From: Neophaeotheca triangularis | Lineage: Eukaryota | Length of the DNA stretch: 64,000 nt | Assembly (NCBI GenBank): GCA_054600435.1 | Contig: BAAIJX010000004.1 | Span: 558,001 to 622,000, forward strand | Reading direction: 5' to 3' | In this document: piece after piece, positions 52,852-64,000 of the stretch | Position numbering within the stretch: position 1 is the first letter of the stretch | Layout: each line of letters opens with the position of its first letter | The notes under the pieces: model-generated | The model's input: the letters and a program-made list of their open reading frames with translations, nothing else | The model's database searches: none | Told to the model about the DNA's origin: nothing | Made by a program: the position numbers and the translations under genes

Positions 52852-53354
52852 GCTTTTGAGCTTGCCGAAAGCAGATGTTCCTCGGCGCCCATTTTAGAAG
52901 ATGCTGAAACATGGCTGTCCGTTTGTCTGAGACGACGATCAGAGACGTTACGGCATCAGGGATGTATTGAAACAAGAAATTGGTATTCGATACCTAGTCG
53001 CGAGATACCCATCGCACGTTGGCTTTTGCTAAAGCATGCCGAACAAAACACCTGATTCACCCACCCATGCTTGCCAGTCCTTGCGGACGTACCTCTGTAG
53101 ACACGCCATCCAAATGCAGCCGTCTTCAGTCCCCAAAGACCAAAAAGATTAAGACATCCGAACCCGATTCATCTCTCATCCCCTTTGGCGCCGTGTTTTC
53201 CAGAAAACTCCTCGCTGAACCTAACGCTGCAATGTAGCCGCATGACCTCGCTATGATGACCGTCCTAGCTATAATGGACCGATAAAGAAACTGCGCACTG
53301 CGAATCAGTTCAAGTGCTCCCTCCCATCCCAACTGTGAACGGAGCGGACGTACC

Positions 53355-53525
53355 TCATGCTGCAACTTTGGCTGTGCAGGGTCGGCAGGTCTTGAGCTTG
53401 CATTTGGCGCACTCGAAGATGAACCAGTGGGGCCCCGAGTGGCAGACGTTGCAATTCCAGAGGATCAATGTCGTGTCGCTTTTGATCATCTTGAAAGCGT
53501 GCTCGCACCGGCCGGGCTTTGCCAT
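53355..53525 (-). CDS. 56-aa Cys/His-rich micro-protein MAKPGRCEHAFKMIKSDTTLILWNCNVCHSGPHWFIFECAKCKLKTCRPCTAKVAA (C1/ZZ-like zinc finger)
   Basis: CACA-ATG context; 5'-UTR intron 53534-53590 (GTAAGC..CTAAC..TAG); CxH plus three CxxC pairs. Confidence 0.75.
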   Translation of the reverse strand: MAKPGRCEHAFKMIKSDTTLILWNCNVCHSGPHWFIFECAKCKLKTCRPCTAKVAA

Positions 53526-54485
53526 TGTGGAGGCTAGATGATGGTTAGCATTTTACGGGTGGTCTCGAGAAGTGGCGTTGCCTCGCTTACTTGTGTGAAT
53601 GGAACTGTGTTGCGTCGGTGAAGGATGTATCGCGGTAAGAGAGGACGACTGCAAACTACCACTTGTTGCGCGAATACTCAGTGTTGATGTAGGATGAGGG
53701 GGCGAGCGAAAGTGAGGTTGGATTCGGTAACAGTCGGACACCGTGTGAGTCCGTTGCGAAGCCTCTTGGTATAGCTAGCCGGCTGATGGTGACTAGGGAA
53801 CTGGTAAAAAGCGAGTGACTGGAGATGCGTGGAGTGGCAGGCAAGAACGATGGCCCCGGATGCTATATAGACAAGGGCAGGAATAATGGGAGGGCGAATG
53901 AGGCTTTGTAGGGCCTGGGGGGGGGGGAATATTCTTTACGGTACCCACAAGTCTCTCCAAACGGGGCAGTCGAGATGGAAACAGAAAGAGCCACCTTTTT
54001 GAGGATCTGGTCATACACTGAGAGTTGCAGCAGCCAGTGCGACATGCTTCTCTTTTCTTTGCGCGCAGCAACCTCGGGGCACGGTGCGGCAATGCCAGCC
54101 TGACGGACTAGAAGCGGTTGTGTGGGCGAGGTAGAGTGTTACAATTTAGTAGGCTTGCAGGTAGCGGATGCGCCCAGCTAATGACGATGGACGAACGCTT
54201 TTCCAGAAGGTTAGCATCGAGAAGATGGCGCCTTTAGTGTCGACTTAGCATGTACGAGGCTTGACCCGTCGATGTGGTCCCTACATACCACCTCCGTAGA
54301 TAGTTAAACGTTGTAACTATGTACATGCAGTAGTATACCTTGGACTGTAGTAGGTACATAGTAGTAGGTAGGGAAGGGCGTGTCCAGAGACCTGGCATCG
54401 GGGGGTCTACCGGCCTCGAGCCACATGTGCTAGCGCATCGACGCATTCTCGGTTTAGGTTTGGTGCCCGCGTTACACGATTCACT

Positions 54486-54543
54486 ACATACAGACATACA
54501 TACGTACATGCATACATGCATACATACATACATACATACATAC
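54486..54543. repeat. Imperfect (CATA)n microsatellite
   Basis: Direct reading. Confidence 0.85.
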
Positions 54544-55148
54544 CTCAAGGTGGAGCCCAAGGGGGATGGGAGGGGGAGGGGAGGAGGGGGGACACCTCAG
54601 ACATGCCGTTTGCCGTCGCATATCTTTACAAAGCTTCCCGCCATTCCACCGTCAACAACTACGGTACTGGCCTGATGCCTGTCGGCGCGCGCGGCAGATG
54701 ACGAATAACGAAGAGACGCCGATGATGATAATGATGATGACACTTCTAGGAGCCTCCTTTTCTGCCGCGGCGATAAGACAGTAAGTTAGTCAGTATTGCG
54801 GCGGCGGAATAGATTTTGACAGAAGCACACCTGTCTCAAAGCCGTTTCTCCTGCATGAGATCGCATCAGCCACGAGCGTGTGGGAGAGAACAGACGACTG
54901 CTCCCCGGATGAATGGATGGATGCCTGCATTCCATACTGCACCTTTGCAAAAGACGATCAATCACATTTTTGCTTGCCGAGAAATCTAACTAGGCAGGTA
55001 AAGTACAGTAAAGTACATATCTAAGGTATACAGTAGCTGCATTGATAAGGTGCCCAGCGACGACCATGTCCTGGATTAATTACTACCCGCCTGCAAGTTA
55101 TCGCACGACGCGGCCACTGCCACTGCCACTGCCACTAGGTGTCATGCG

Positions 55149-55186
55149 TGTGAATTGTGAATTGTGAATTGTGAATTGTGAATTGT
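55149..55186. repeat. (TGTGAAT)5 heptamer tandem repeat, preceded by (GCCACT)4 at about 55113-55136
   Basis: Direct reading. Confidence 0.9.
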
Positions 55187-58100
55187 CAAACTCTTCTTAA
55201 TACAATAGAGCGCGCTTGTTGACATGTCATTACCCGCTCTGTGCAAGAGCACACAGTCCCCATTACCCGGTTTACCTCAAAAACCAACCCTGCAGCCACA
55301 CCTTGATGTTTGCGCAAGACAGATTCTAGATAGGTACCTAGGTCGGATACCTTACTAGATACCTGAATCTGATCGATGATGGTCACTACCGCATACCGAG
55401 ATCCATCGGCGCTAGGAGGTACGGCTCGCGAGTCGCGGTACCGATCCGGGTACCAGTGAACGGCATCTTGGTACTTTGGGCTATGTGCAGTTAGTTGTAC
55501 ATCAACAACGTCTGATCTCTTGTCGCCGCCTTGAACGCCTAGTAGGCGTGCCAGCCTTATCTGGGAATGACAGCACCCTATGTGGTGGCATCCGCCAGCC
55601 GTTTGATCGCCGTAAGCACTATCATTGTCATTGCCATAATTCCATCTCAAGGCGGCAGACAAGAATATCCGAGCGGCACTCGTGCATGAGTGAGACTGGT
55701 TACAACCTGGAGATGCTCGGTCATGTTCCAAGCCCCTAACATAATTATAGCAACCGTGACTTTCGGCCACGCCATCTTTTCAATGCTCTGCCTTTTTGGC
55801 ATCTGCCGCACACACATGCGTACAAACAGACAGACGGACACGCAGGCAGGCAGGCAGAGAGCCACTTGCAAAATGTGTTTGGCGCCCTTTGCTACTATAA
55901 GCTGCACTGTCGCTTGCACACGCAACTCATGAGTCCTCGGTAATTGCTTTATCACGCAATTGCCTTTTGACTCGCCATCAACGATATCCTGCCACAGCCG
56001 GCTCTGTAGCCAGTAGTAGTACACGAGACGACCGCACAATTTAGGCTTCAGTAGCAACATGCGAACTACAACAGAGCCACCACTTCCCTCACGCCGACGG
56101 CCGCCGCCAGTCTTTAAAGCAGCAAAGATCCTGCTGACTTGACATTTCTAAGCCACGCCCTGCGACGCCTGAACCGCCACATCTAGTACCGACATCGAGC
56201 GAGCGATGCAGATGATCTCCAACGCGGTACCGGAGGCTGCGGGTGCAACGTGCTACTTGTCCAGCTCGTGTCACCTCGGGGCTATGGACCGAGGAACGTT
56301 ATACAGCCATGGCTTGCTCCGAGCGCTCGGAATATCGTAAATCGGGTTTTGTGTCCCAGAGCAAACGTCAGGCTTGAGGCGCGCATTTCTCTAATCTGGA
56401 CGCTAATGCAGGAACGGTCTCAAATCTTTGGGGCGGGCGATCATCTGCAGCTCTTGCAGAAGAGAAAAAATTCGTCTGGTTGTCAGTGGGACCTGGAGGT
56501 AGGTCCACAGTCTGTCTTCTTTGGCCCCTAGTCATTGCGTATGCCCGGAGTTGGGCTCTGGAGTCTGGATCTTTCAGCGGCCCAATGACAACAACGACAA
56601 CCCAGGGTCAACCATGGCTACTTGGTGAGGATTGCTTGCCAACACACTGGATCTTGTATACACAGCTAACCTGCTGTCTTGATCCTTGGGGCGGACCCTT
56701 TCCATCTCACTGCCTTTACTCGCCTTTTCTCCAAGTTGTACAGTCCATTCTGCACAGAACGCCGTTGGCATCCTCGAATTTCATAGAAGTTTCCACGCTT
56801 AGGATTGCAGACGCTGCTGACTTTCCTTCATCACCCCAAATGCCATCCCGCGGGAAGATGTGCAGACGTCTCAGTCTTTCATGTGAGTTTCCGGACACCA
56901 CCGAACGACTACCGACCCGCGGACGGCAGCGAGTGTGAATCGGAGATTACACGGGTAATCAACAGCGCAGCACTCCGAATCTCACCCTGATGTAGTGGTA
57001 TGCGCTGGCAAGGCAGTGCATTCCTTGCACGCAACGATAGCCGAAGAAGGCCGCTTACAGTAAGCGGGCCAGCGAAGTTAGCATGCGTGGAGCCAGGCAT
57101 AAAATAATCTGCGAGTGGGCTGTACAAAAGGCAAAAGGAATGACAAGGCTATCATGCTGCTTTTGCTGGGCTTTCTGGCGATGTAGCGGTGAAGTAGTAG
57201 TGACGACGACTACTGCCGGCAGACGAAGCTAATAAAATAAGCAAACGAATGACGGTGTCCAGGCAATAATAAAATGGCATCCAACGGCTGAAGACTTGGA
57301 ATAAACTTCCAACGCTTGCGGGCTGCAGGTCTGAAGAAAGCTTTTTGTTGCGACGTTGATAAGTTGATTTGATACAGTCCAGCCAGCCTTGTGGGTTCCG
57401 TTAGTTGTAGGTTTTAACTTGTTAACCAACCCCCCGAGATGGCTCCGCCGCTCCGGTTCTCGACTCTCAAGCGTGCCACGAGGGCCTCAAACCCTATTTG
57501 GACCCTTATTTTGGAAAATGCAAGCCATGACGCGCTGAAACGACAATAAGGTAACCTTACCTGACTGACCCTTGGAAACCTTGAGGCTTGCGGCTCTAAC
57601 AATTAACAATAATGCTTTATCTTAGCCGCTTTGCAATAATCTTGCTGTAGCGACACACCCAATTACTTCCACCGAGCATGTCCTCGCTGCGACTTGGGCT
57701 TTGAGCTTGGCCTGGTTGTTTCGAGCGATTATCCGCGACATCGCCAAATCTGGGGAAACGGCGCTATAGACACTGATGTGTTCAGTAGTCCGCCTTTCAT
57801 CCTCTCCCTTTACCGCGATGTCTTCCCCCGAAGCTCGCAGCTGTTAACCTCGGATCCGGAAAAAACGAAACGGCCACGACTAAAGGAACAAGACCACGCT
57901 CGGGGAAACGAGACCGAGCTTGGCCACACTCCAATATGCCAGGCCGACGTTTCGCTACCCCAAACCGCCTCATAAGTCCGTCTTGTCGGCGCGCACGGTA
58001 CGCTCCAACATTGGACTTATCCGCAACGGACGGTCTTACGAGAACTACGATCCAGCAAAGGACTTCTAGCCCCACGCACGGCGAGAGAATGATACCTTCT

Positions 58101-59092
58101 GGACTTGCTCGCAATGCTCAAGACGCTTTCGGAAGTCCCCATGACCCGATTCCTAGCAATCTCGGTGATTTCGAGCTCTGGTCGTGAACAGGCAGGTTCT
58201 TTGCAGGGCTTGCCTTTAGACTTGACGGTACACTCAATAGTGCACGTGGTAGGCTGGAGCTATCAGATGCGGTGGCCGCGCTGAATGCGCATTTCCAATA
58301 GCCGGTGTCACTTGCCGAGAGAAGAATCCATGGTATGGAGCGTGCTCGATTTCGAGGGGCGCTTCGTCTGCTATCGCCATGGTAGGCACCATCAGAGGTG
58401 ATGGTTTGGTGGCAGCTCAGCTGTTAGCGGCTTGAGTGGTATCAACGTAAGATGGGAATTGCTGCACTCATTGAGTAGGGGCACATCACTTCATGCTGAG
58501 ACCGTCAGGTCTCCACGGATCCTTCTGAATCCAACGATTCCAGACTTCAGGCGACGAGGACGTCGTCCAGGACATTGCTTGATCTCTTGCCGTTCTTCCC
58601 GGTGATGCGGAAGATTTCCCTCGTTGGCGAGGCCGCCTGCAATGGCTGGCTCTCTAGCAGTTCTGCTAGAGACTTGTACACTGTGCCGTCCGGAAATAAT
58701 GACAGAATGCTTTCGGGATCCATTGTGTTTTGGCAATCATGTCTCAATCTGGGCCACAGGTGCACTTTTTCAGATTCATCAGACTTGAAAGCTCGGGAAC
58801 AGGCCTATTGGCACGATAAAAGGTACTGGATGTGCGGTCCTGGCTTAGAAGCGACTACAAGCACACAGCTGCGGCACTTCGCGAACGATCGGGTGGCATA
58901 TTCAACTAGAAGAAGCGGTTTAAAGCCGGCCTCTCGCTGCGGCAATACACTCGTTATGGCAGCGGCGCTGCCTTACTACGCCAAGGGGTCCAGCTGCTCT
59001 TATTCTCCGAGGACTTCAACTCTTCTACTCAGCGAGATGGTTGTGGATTTTGTTGTCGCGATGTCCTTGTAGCTCCGATCGAGACAACTTCT

Positions 59093-59140
59093 CTACAGCA
59101 AATCTTCACTACAGCAAACCTTCACTACAACACATCTTCA
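59093..59140. repeat. 16-bp minisatellite, three imperfect copies
   Basis: CTACAGCAAATCTTCA / CTACAGCAAACCTTCA / CTACAACACATCTTCA. Confidence 0.85.
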
Positions 59141-61766
59141 CCAGCGACGACATCCTATTCCCACCCATAGAAAGGACGGCGATGTTCGTTCTCGGAAGAA
59201 CCACAGCCTGCTAAGAAAGCACGGAAGACGAAAGCTCTACCGTCTATTCACATGCATCTTCCGACCCAGACATGACTTGTGACTTTTCCGTTCGCCCGTG
59301 CAGCTGTGGTCGTCGCTCATCTTCTAGTACAATGGAACCTGCAAACCGTTCTTCTTTCAAGACACCCCATCTTTCGTAGACTTCCTCTTCCTCGGGTTCT
59401 TGTGAAGCTCCCAAGCCATGATACGCTCGCGGGTCTGCTCGCGCGGTTGTGCTTTCCAGCTGTGCGTTAAGGTATGAGAGCTTCGTGTTCGCTTTGAGCG
59501 ACTGCAGTCTATCGCGAACGAAGCATGCGCAAGCTGCAATTTACCGAGGTGTCGATAGAAGAGAGCGGGTGACCGGAGTTTACTAAGAATGAGGCATTTG
59601 CAAGCCGCGGTTCACCAAAAGGTGTTGATGTAAGAGAAGTCGCGATGCTAACCGTATGGACACTTTCTCGTCGCCCTTGGATTCGAAGGGCCATGACCTA
59701 CCGCAACAACGTCGAGCGCTGCCGAGAGAGGGCGTTTGGAATCGCTTGTTGGCGGCGACCTGGGTAGCTCGGCGGTCCTCCTAATCCTGATTTGCAACGG
59801 CCGGCTTCGATCGGTGCTATGCCCAGTGTCCTCGGACACGACGCGGAGAGACTGGCCCAAGTCCCCAACGGTGAATCGTTCGGCACTATGGCTGTGTTAT
59901 ACAGGGCTACTGGAGCGTAATGCAGGTTTATTTTGTACCCAAGACAGGTTTTTGCACGTGCTCGTGGCTGCGGCATATGTGACAGTTTCCTGGCTGCAGA
60001 GTCAACCATTGATTTTGGGGGTTTAGAGTGGGTCCACCGGATGCGGATGGACTGCATCTGGGATACTGCGGACCGTAGGAGATACATCATACAGGGAAGC
60101 CGGAGTGCTCACAAACAGGTACGCGTGGCGTGAAAAAGTGCCTATGCCGGCAATTTTTGGTGGAGTATTTGTATTCCCGCGGGTCTGTCCAGTGTCCCCG
60201 ACGTAGCTGTTCTGTCAATTTCCGAGCGAAGAAGCCTCTTTGTCGATCGACTATCGGACTCAGTTTGTGCTCAAGTCGCCCGGGAGACTGCACTCTCAAT
60301 CAGCTGGAGCCCAAGTAGCTTGCCCCCGGCGAAAAGTCCATCCATCTTCGCAAATAACCCTGAGCCCGGTGAATTGCTCCTCGATGCATATCTTCCGTCT
60401 CTGCGCCAATCCGTCAAAGAGGTACATGCAATGCCAAGCCAGTGAGGAACGAGGAAGCAGCTCCTTGCTGCGCTTCTTGAGGGTGAATGGTTGTCGGAAC
60501 AATTTAGTGCCGACACGATGTCGATCATTTATACCTCCAGAGACACGTGAATTGCATGTGGGATGTTATTGAGATTTGCACGTGGCCCTGAGGGTAAAGT
60601 CAGGATCAGGTGTTTAGCTCGTCAACGTTAAGTTTGGCAGTTACATTACATTTTTCGGGAAGACGGGACGTGGAATGTACAAAACTGCTAAGAGAAAAAA
60701 ATACTTCGTCCACGGCGGGCTGCGGGGTCGGCGAGGAGTGTTGGTACAGTGATCGTGCTAACGACAAAAGTTCCGGTACTGCTGCTGTTTCTTGTCTTTG
60801 AATGATGGGAGAAAGATGGTAGCGCATTGGCGGGAGAAAATTGTGACTCCGTCATTGTTAGAGCGAAAGACGCTCGCGGTGATGTTGAAGCCTTTGTCGG
60901 TAGATACTTATCTCACGATCGAAAGCACAGAAGGCCCACGTCGCAGGAGCCGGACAGAATAGTCGATTTTCTCAGCACATACTGATACTGAGAAGATCGG
61001 AGTATACGTTGACCCTGACATAGGAAAAGAGGAGACAACAAATTCGAATCGATGTCTGGAGAGGTGTGCCGGCGCTTGAAGCTCTTCTGAGAACGTACTT
61101 GTATTCTGTAAATGAAAATTAGCATCGTCAGGGTGCCCTTTGGGCGACATTAATACTCTTGATATGCTTCACTTCACAACGCAAGCAGCGTGAGATCGCG
61201 TGAGGATCTTGCCTTGGGCATGTTTTGTCTCAACTCTCGCGAGAGATAGGACGATTCGCGAGTGACTGTGATCGAGGCTCTAAAATATGGCACGAGTCCG
61301 AGCGAAATGCCTTGATGAATTCAATGATCCAATCTCTTCAAGGCCAAACTGTCGAAAAACCTAACAACAGTCTCCTGAACATAATCAAAGCTTTCCGTGG
61401 TTCTTCATGGCCAGTCGAGCATTGTTGAATGTGTTTGAAAGCGCAACACCGTGACCCAGTCAGTGCATGCTCCGTTTACAGAGAAAATGTTGGAAGGGCC
61501 GCTCCTCATGGCGAGGAAGTGTGTGTCTGATGAACATGCGCAAGAGGGAAACCAATGGAATAAGTCGTGAGGTGAAGTCAGCGGTTATCTCTTGGCATGT
61601 GAAGGTGGGGTGGAGGAGGGGCAGTTTTGGGCCGAAGTCAGGGCAGGTCAAACAATTTATCATCAGTGACTCCAACGCCTTTTAATTCGACTCTCGCAAC
61701 AACAGCTAGAGGCAATCTCTTCAGGCTACGTTTGGTCGCAACACTCTCTCCAAACCACATACTACC

Positions 61767-63881
61767 ATGGCGGACGCACTACCAGCGGACGCCCCGCCGG
61801 CAGAAACGCCCGGCGAGCCCAAGGTCTCCAAACGCGCCGCGGAAAAGGAAGCCAAAAAGGCAGCAGCAAAGGCCAAAAAGGCTGCCTCCGCCAATGAAGC
61901 ACCCTCCAAGCCCAAGTCCAACGAGCCCGTTGATCCCTTCAAGCTTGGTTGGCTCAAAGGCGTCTATAACGAGAAGCCGGTCGCTGAAGTCCATACGCGT
62001 TTCCCTCCCGAACCCAACGGCTACCTTCACATCGGCCATGCCAAAGCAATCACCGTCAATTTTGGCTTCGCGAGATCCTATGGCGGCATCTGTAACTTGC
62101 GCTTCGACGATACGAACCCGGCCAAGGAGGAGGAGCGGTACTTCACGAGCATTAAAGAGATGGTGAATTGGCTGGGCTTTGAGCCCGCCAAGGTTACGTA
62201 TAGTAGTGATGAGTTTGACCGGTTGTATGAGCTCGCAGAGGAGCTGATCAAGAGGGAGAAAGCGTATGTGTGCAAGTGTAGTGCGGCTGCTGTGAACGCT
62301 GGGAGAGGAGGTAAGGAACATGGACCGAGGAGTGTCTGTGAGGATTGGAGCAGATCGGTGGAGAATAATTTGGAAGAATTTAGAGCTATGAGGGATGGCA
62401 AGTACAAGGCTGGGGAGGCACACTTGCGTATGAAACAGTATCTCGCGGTAGACCCCAAGGAGTACGAAGTTCAAGAAGGGGATTCAGCTGAGGTAAAAAA
62501 AAGCAAGGCAGATTTGAAGAAGAAGTCAGACAACCCTGCTCTGTGGGACTGTGCGGCGTACAGAGTCAAGAACGAGAATTATCATCACAGGACTGGCAAC
62601 AAGTGGAGAATATACCCTACCTACGAATTCACCCACTGCCTCTGCGATAGCTTCGAGGGCATCTCGCACTCTCTCTGCACTACAGAGTTTGAGACTCTGA
62701 GGCCAGCCTACAACTGGCTGCTGGAAGCTCTTGACCACAAGGTGCCTGTTTCAGAAGAAAAGGGCCCTATGCAGCGAGAATACGGCAGACTTAACGTTGA
62801 AGGTACCATCCTCTCCAAGCGACGAATTGCCATGCTCGCAGAAGGCTGCACAGTTGGAGAAGCGACGGCGGAACAAGTCGCTGACGACATGAGTGCCATC
62901 AACCTCGAAGAAGAAGGCGACGAAGAGCCGGCAGCACCATCCACACAAGAAGAAAAGTCAATCAACACCCTCATCCCCTCCGCCGGCCGCAAGATCCCTC
63001 CGGTAGTATCCGGTTGGGACGATCCCCGTCTCTTCACCCTAGTAGCCATTCGCCGGCGCGGTGTGCCCCCTGGCGCTCTCAAGAAATTCGTCCTCGACTG
63101 CGGCGTTACAAAAGGAAACGCCAACACAGCAACCCATACCCTCGACGCTAGCATCCGCACTTACCTCGAACGCACCGTACCCCGCCTGATGCTCGTGCTC
63201 TCTCCACTCAAGATCACCTTCACAAACCTCGATCCCTCACACTGCGAAGAGCGCGACGTGCCATTCGACCCTAAGAACCCCTCCGCCGGCACGCACAAAG
63301 TCCCCTTCACGCAAACCATTTACATCGACCGCGATGACTTCCGCGAAGCCGACGACCCCGACTTCTTCCGCTTGACACCAGGCCAGAGCTGCGGCCTCCT
63401 CAACGTACCTCACCCAATGCGCGCCGTCGAAATCATCCGCGACCCCGCCACCAACCGCGTAACCGAAGTCAAAGCCGAATACGGCTCGAACGTCCCACCA
63501 GGCAAAGCACGCATCCACTGGCTCGGCGTCTCCGCCACGCACAACAGCCCAATTCCAGCCGTTGCGCGCGTTTTCAACCCCCTCTTCAAGTCTTCCAAAC
63601 CCAACGAGCTCGACTGGAAAACCGGCGGTTACTACGACAATATCAACCCCGATAGCTTAGTCGAGTACCCTGATGCGATGCTCGAATGCGGTTTCGAGCA
63701 CGTCAGGCAGAATGCACCTTGGCCCAAGGAAGAGGGTGAGGCTAAAGGCGTTGTGGACAAGAGCAGTGTTAGGTTTCAGGGTTTGAGGAGTGGGTTTTGG
63801 TGTGAGGATTTGACTTCGGAGGACGGTAAGGTGGTTTTGAATCGGATTGTTAGTTTGAAGGAGGACAGTGGAAAGAAGTAG
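61767..63881 (+). CDS. GLN4: Glutaminyl-tRNA synthetase
   Basis: TRFPPEPNGYLHIGHAKA (HIGH), LRFDDTNP, IYPTYEFTHCLCDS, QREYGRLN, ILSKR (KMSKS equivalent), GWDDPRL, IYIDRDDF and FFRL. Confidence 0.95.
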   Translation: MADALPADAPPAETPGEPKVSKRAAEKEAKKAAAKAKKAASANEAPSKPKSNEPVDPFKLGWLKGVYNEKPVAEVHTRFPPEPNGYLHIGHAKAITVNFGFARSYGGICNLRFDDTNPAKEEERYFTSIKEMVNWLGFEPAKVTYSSDEFDRLYELAEELIKREKAYVCKCSAAAVNAGRGGKEHGPRSVCEDWSRSVENNLEEFRAMRDGKYKAGEAHLRMKQYLAVDPKEYEVQEGDSAEVKKSKADLKKKSDNPALWDCAAYRVKNENYHHRTGNKWRIYPTYEFTHCLCDSFEGISHSLCTTEFETLRPAYNWLLEALDHKVPVSEEKGPMQREYGRLNVEGTILSKRRIAMLAEGCTVGEATAEQVADDMSAINLEEEGDEEPAAPSTQEEKSINTLIPSAGRKIPPVVSGWDDPRLFTLVAIRRRGVPPGALKKFVLDCGVTKGNANTATHTLDASIRTYLERTVPRLMLVLSPLKITFTNLDPSHCEERDVPFDPKNPSAGTHKVPFTQTIYIDRDDFREADDPDFFRLTPGQSCGLLNVPHPMRAVEIIRDPATNRVTEVKAEYGSNVPPGKARIHWLGVSATHNSPIPAVARVFNPLFKSSKPNELDWKTGGYYDNINPDSLVEYPDAMLECGFEHVRQNAPWPKEEGEAKGVVDKSSVRFQGLRSGFWCEDLTSEDGKVVLNRIVSLKEDSGKK

Positions 63882-64000
63882 GGCCGAAATAGAGTTGCAT
63901 TGGATGGGCTTGGGAGGTTTGCGTTCATCTTGATGAGGAGGAAGGCTAGGGGAGTCGCTTTGCAAAGACGAGGCAGACTAGCCCGATAGACCAAACGAAT

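Noticed and set aside
52812..59140. CRISPR array or transposon interpretation of the short tandem repeats
   Set aside because: This is a eukaryotic locus; the repeats have no spacers, and I saw no terminal repeats or transposase/RT motifs.

Overview
Eukaryotic, intron-containing DNA from a filamentous ascomycete (Pezizomycotina; Dothideomycete-like is my inference). The short introns have GT..CTRAY..YAG signals. Genes in order: 3' end of a GH2 beta-galactosidase, KRE6/SKN1 glucan protein, Hsp110 (hsp88/SSE1), a Whi5/Nrm1-family repressor, the head-to-head class V (csmA) and class VII (csmB) myosin-motor chitin synthases, a PLA2_B phospholipase, EXO70, septin CDC3, an alpha-ketoacid dehydrogenase kinase, an F-box protein, a Smy2-type GYF protein, a Gly/Met-rich DPR-repeat orphan, a cytochrome P450, two convergent tiny Cys-rich genes below the ORF-track cutoff (29 aa and 56 aa), a gene-poor stretch of about 7.7 kb, and glutaminyl-tRNA synthetase. 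The most notable observations are the micro zinc-finger gene pair, a cryptic alternative C-terminal exon of Hsp110, the DPR-repeat/PPGL protein head-to-head with the GYF gene, alternative N-termini of CDC3, and a possibly structured non-coding segment near 39.5-40 kb. All calls are by-eye motif and splice-signal readings; no database searches were run.
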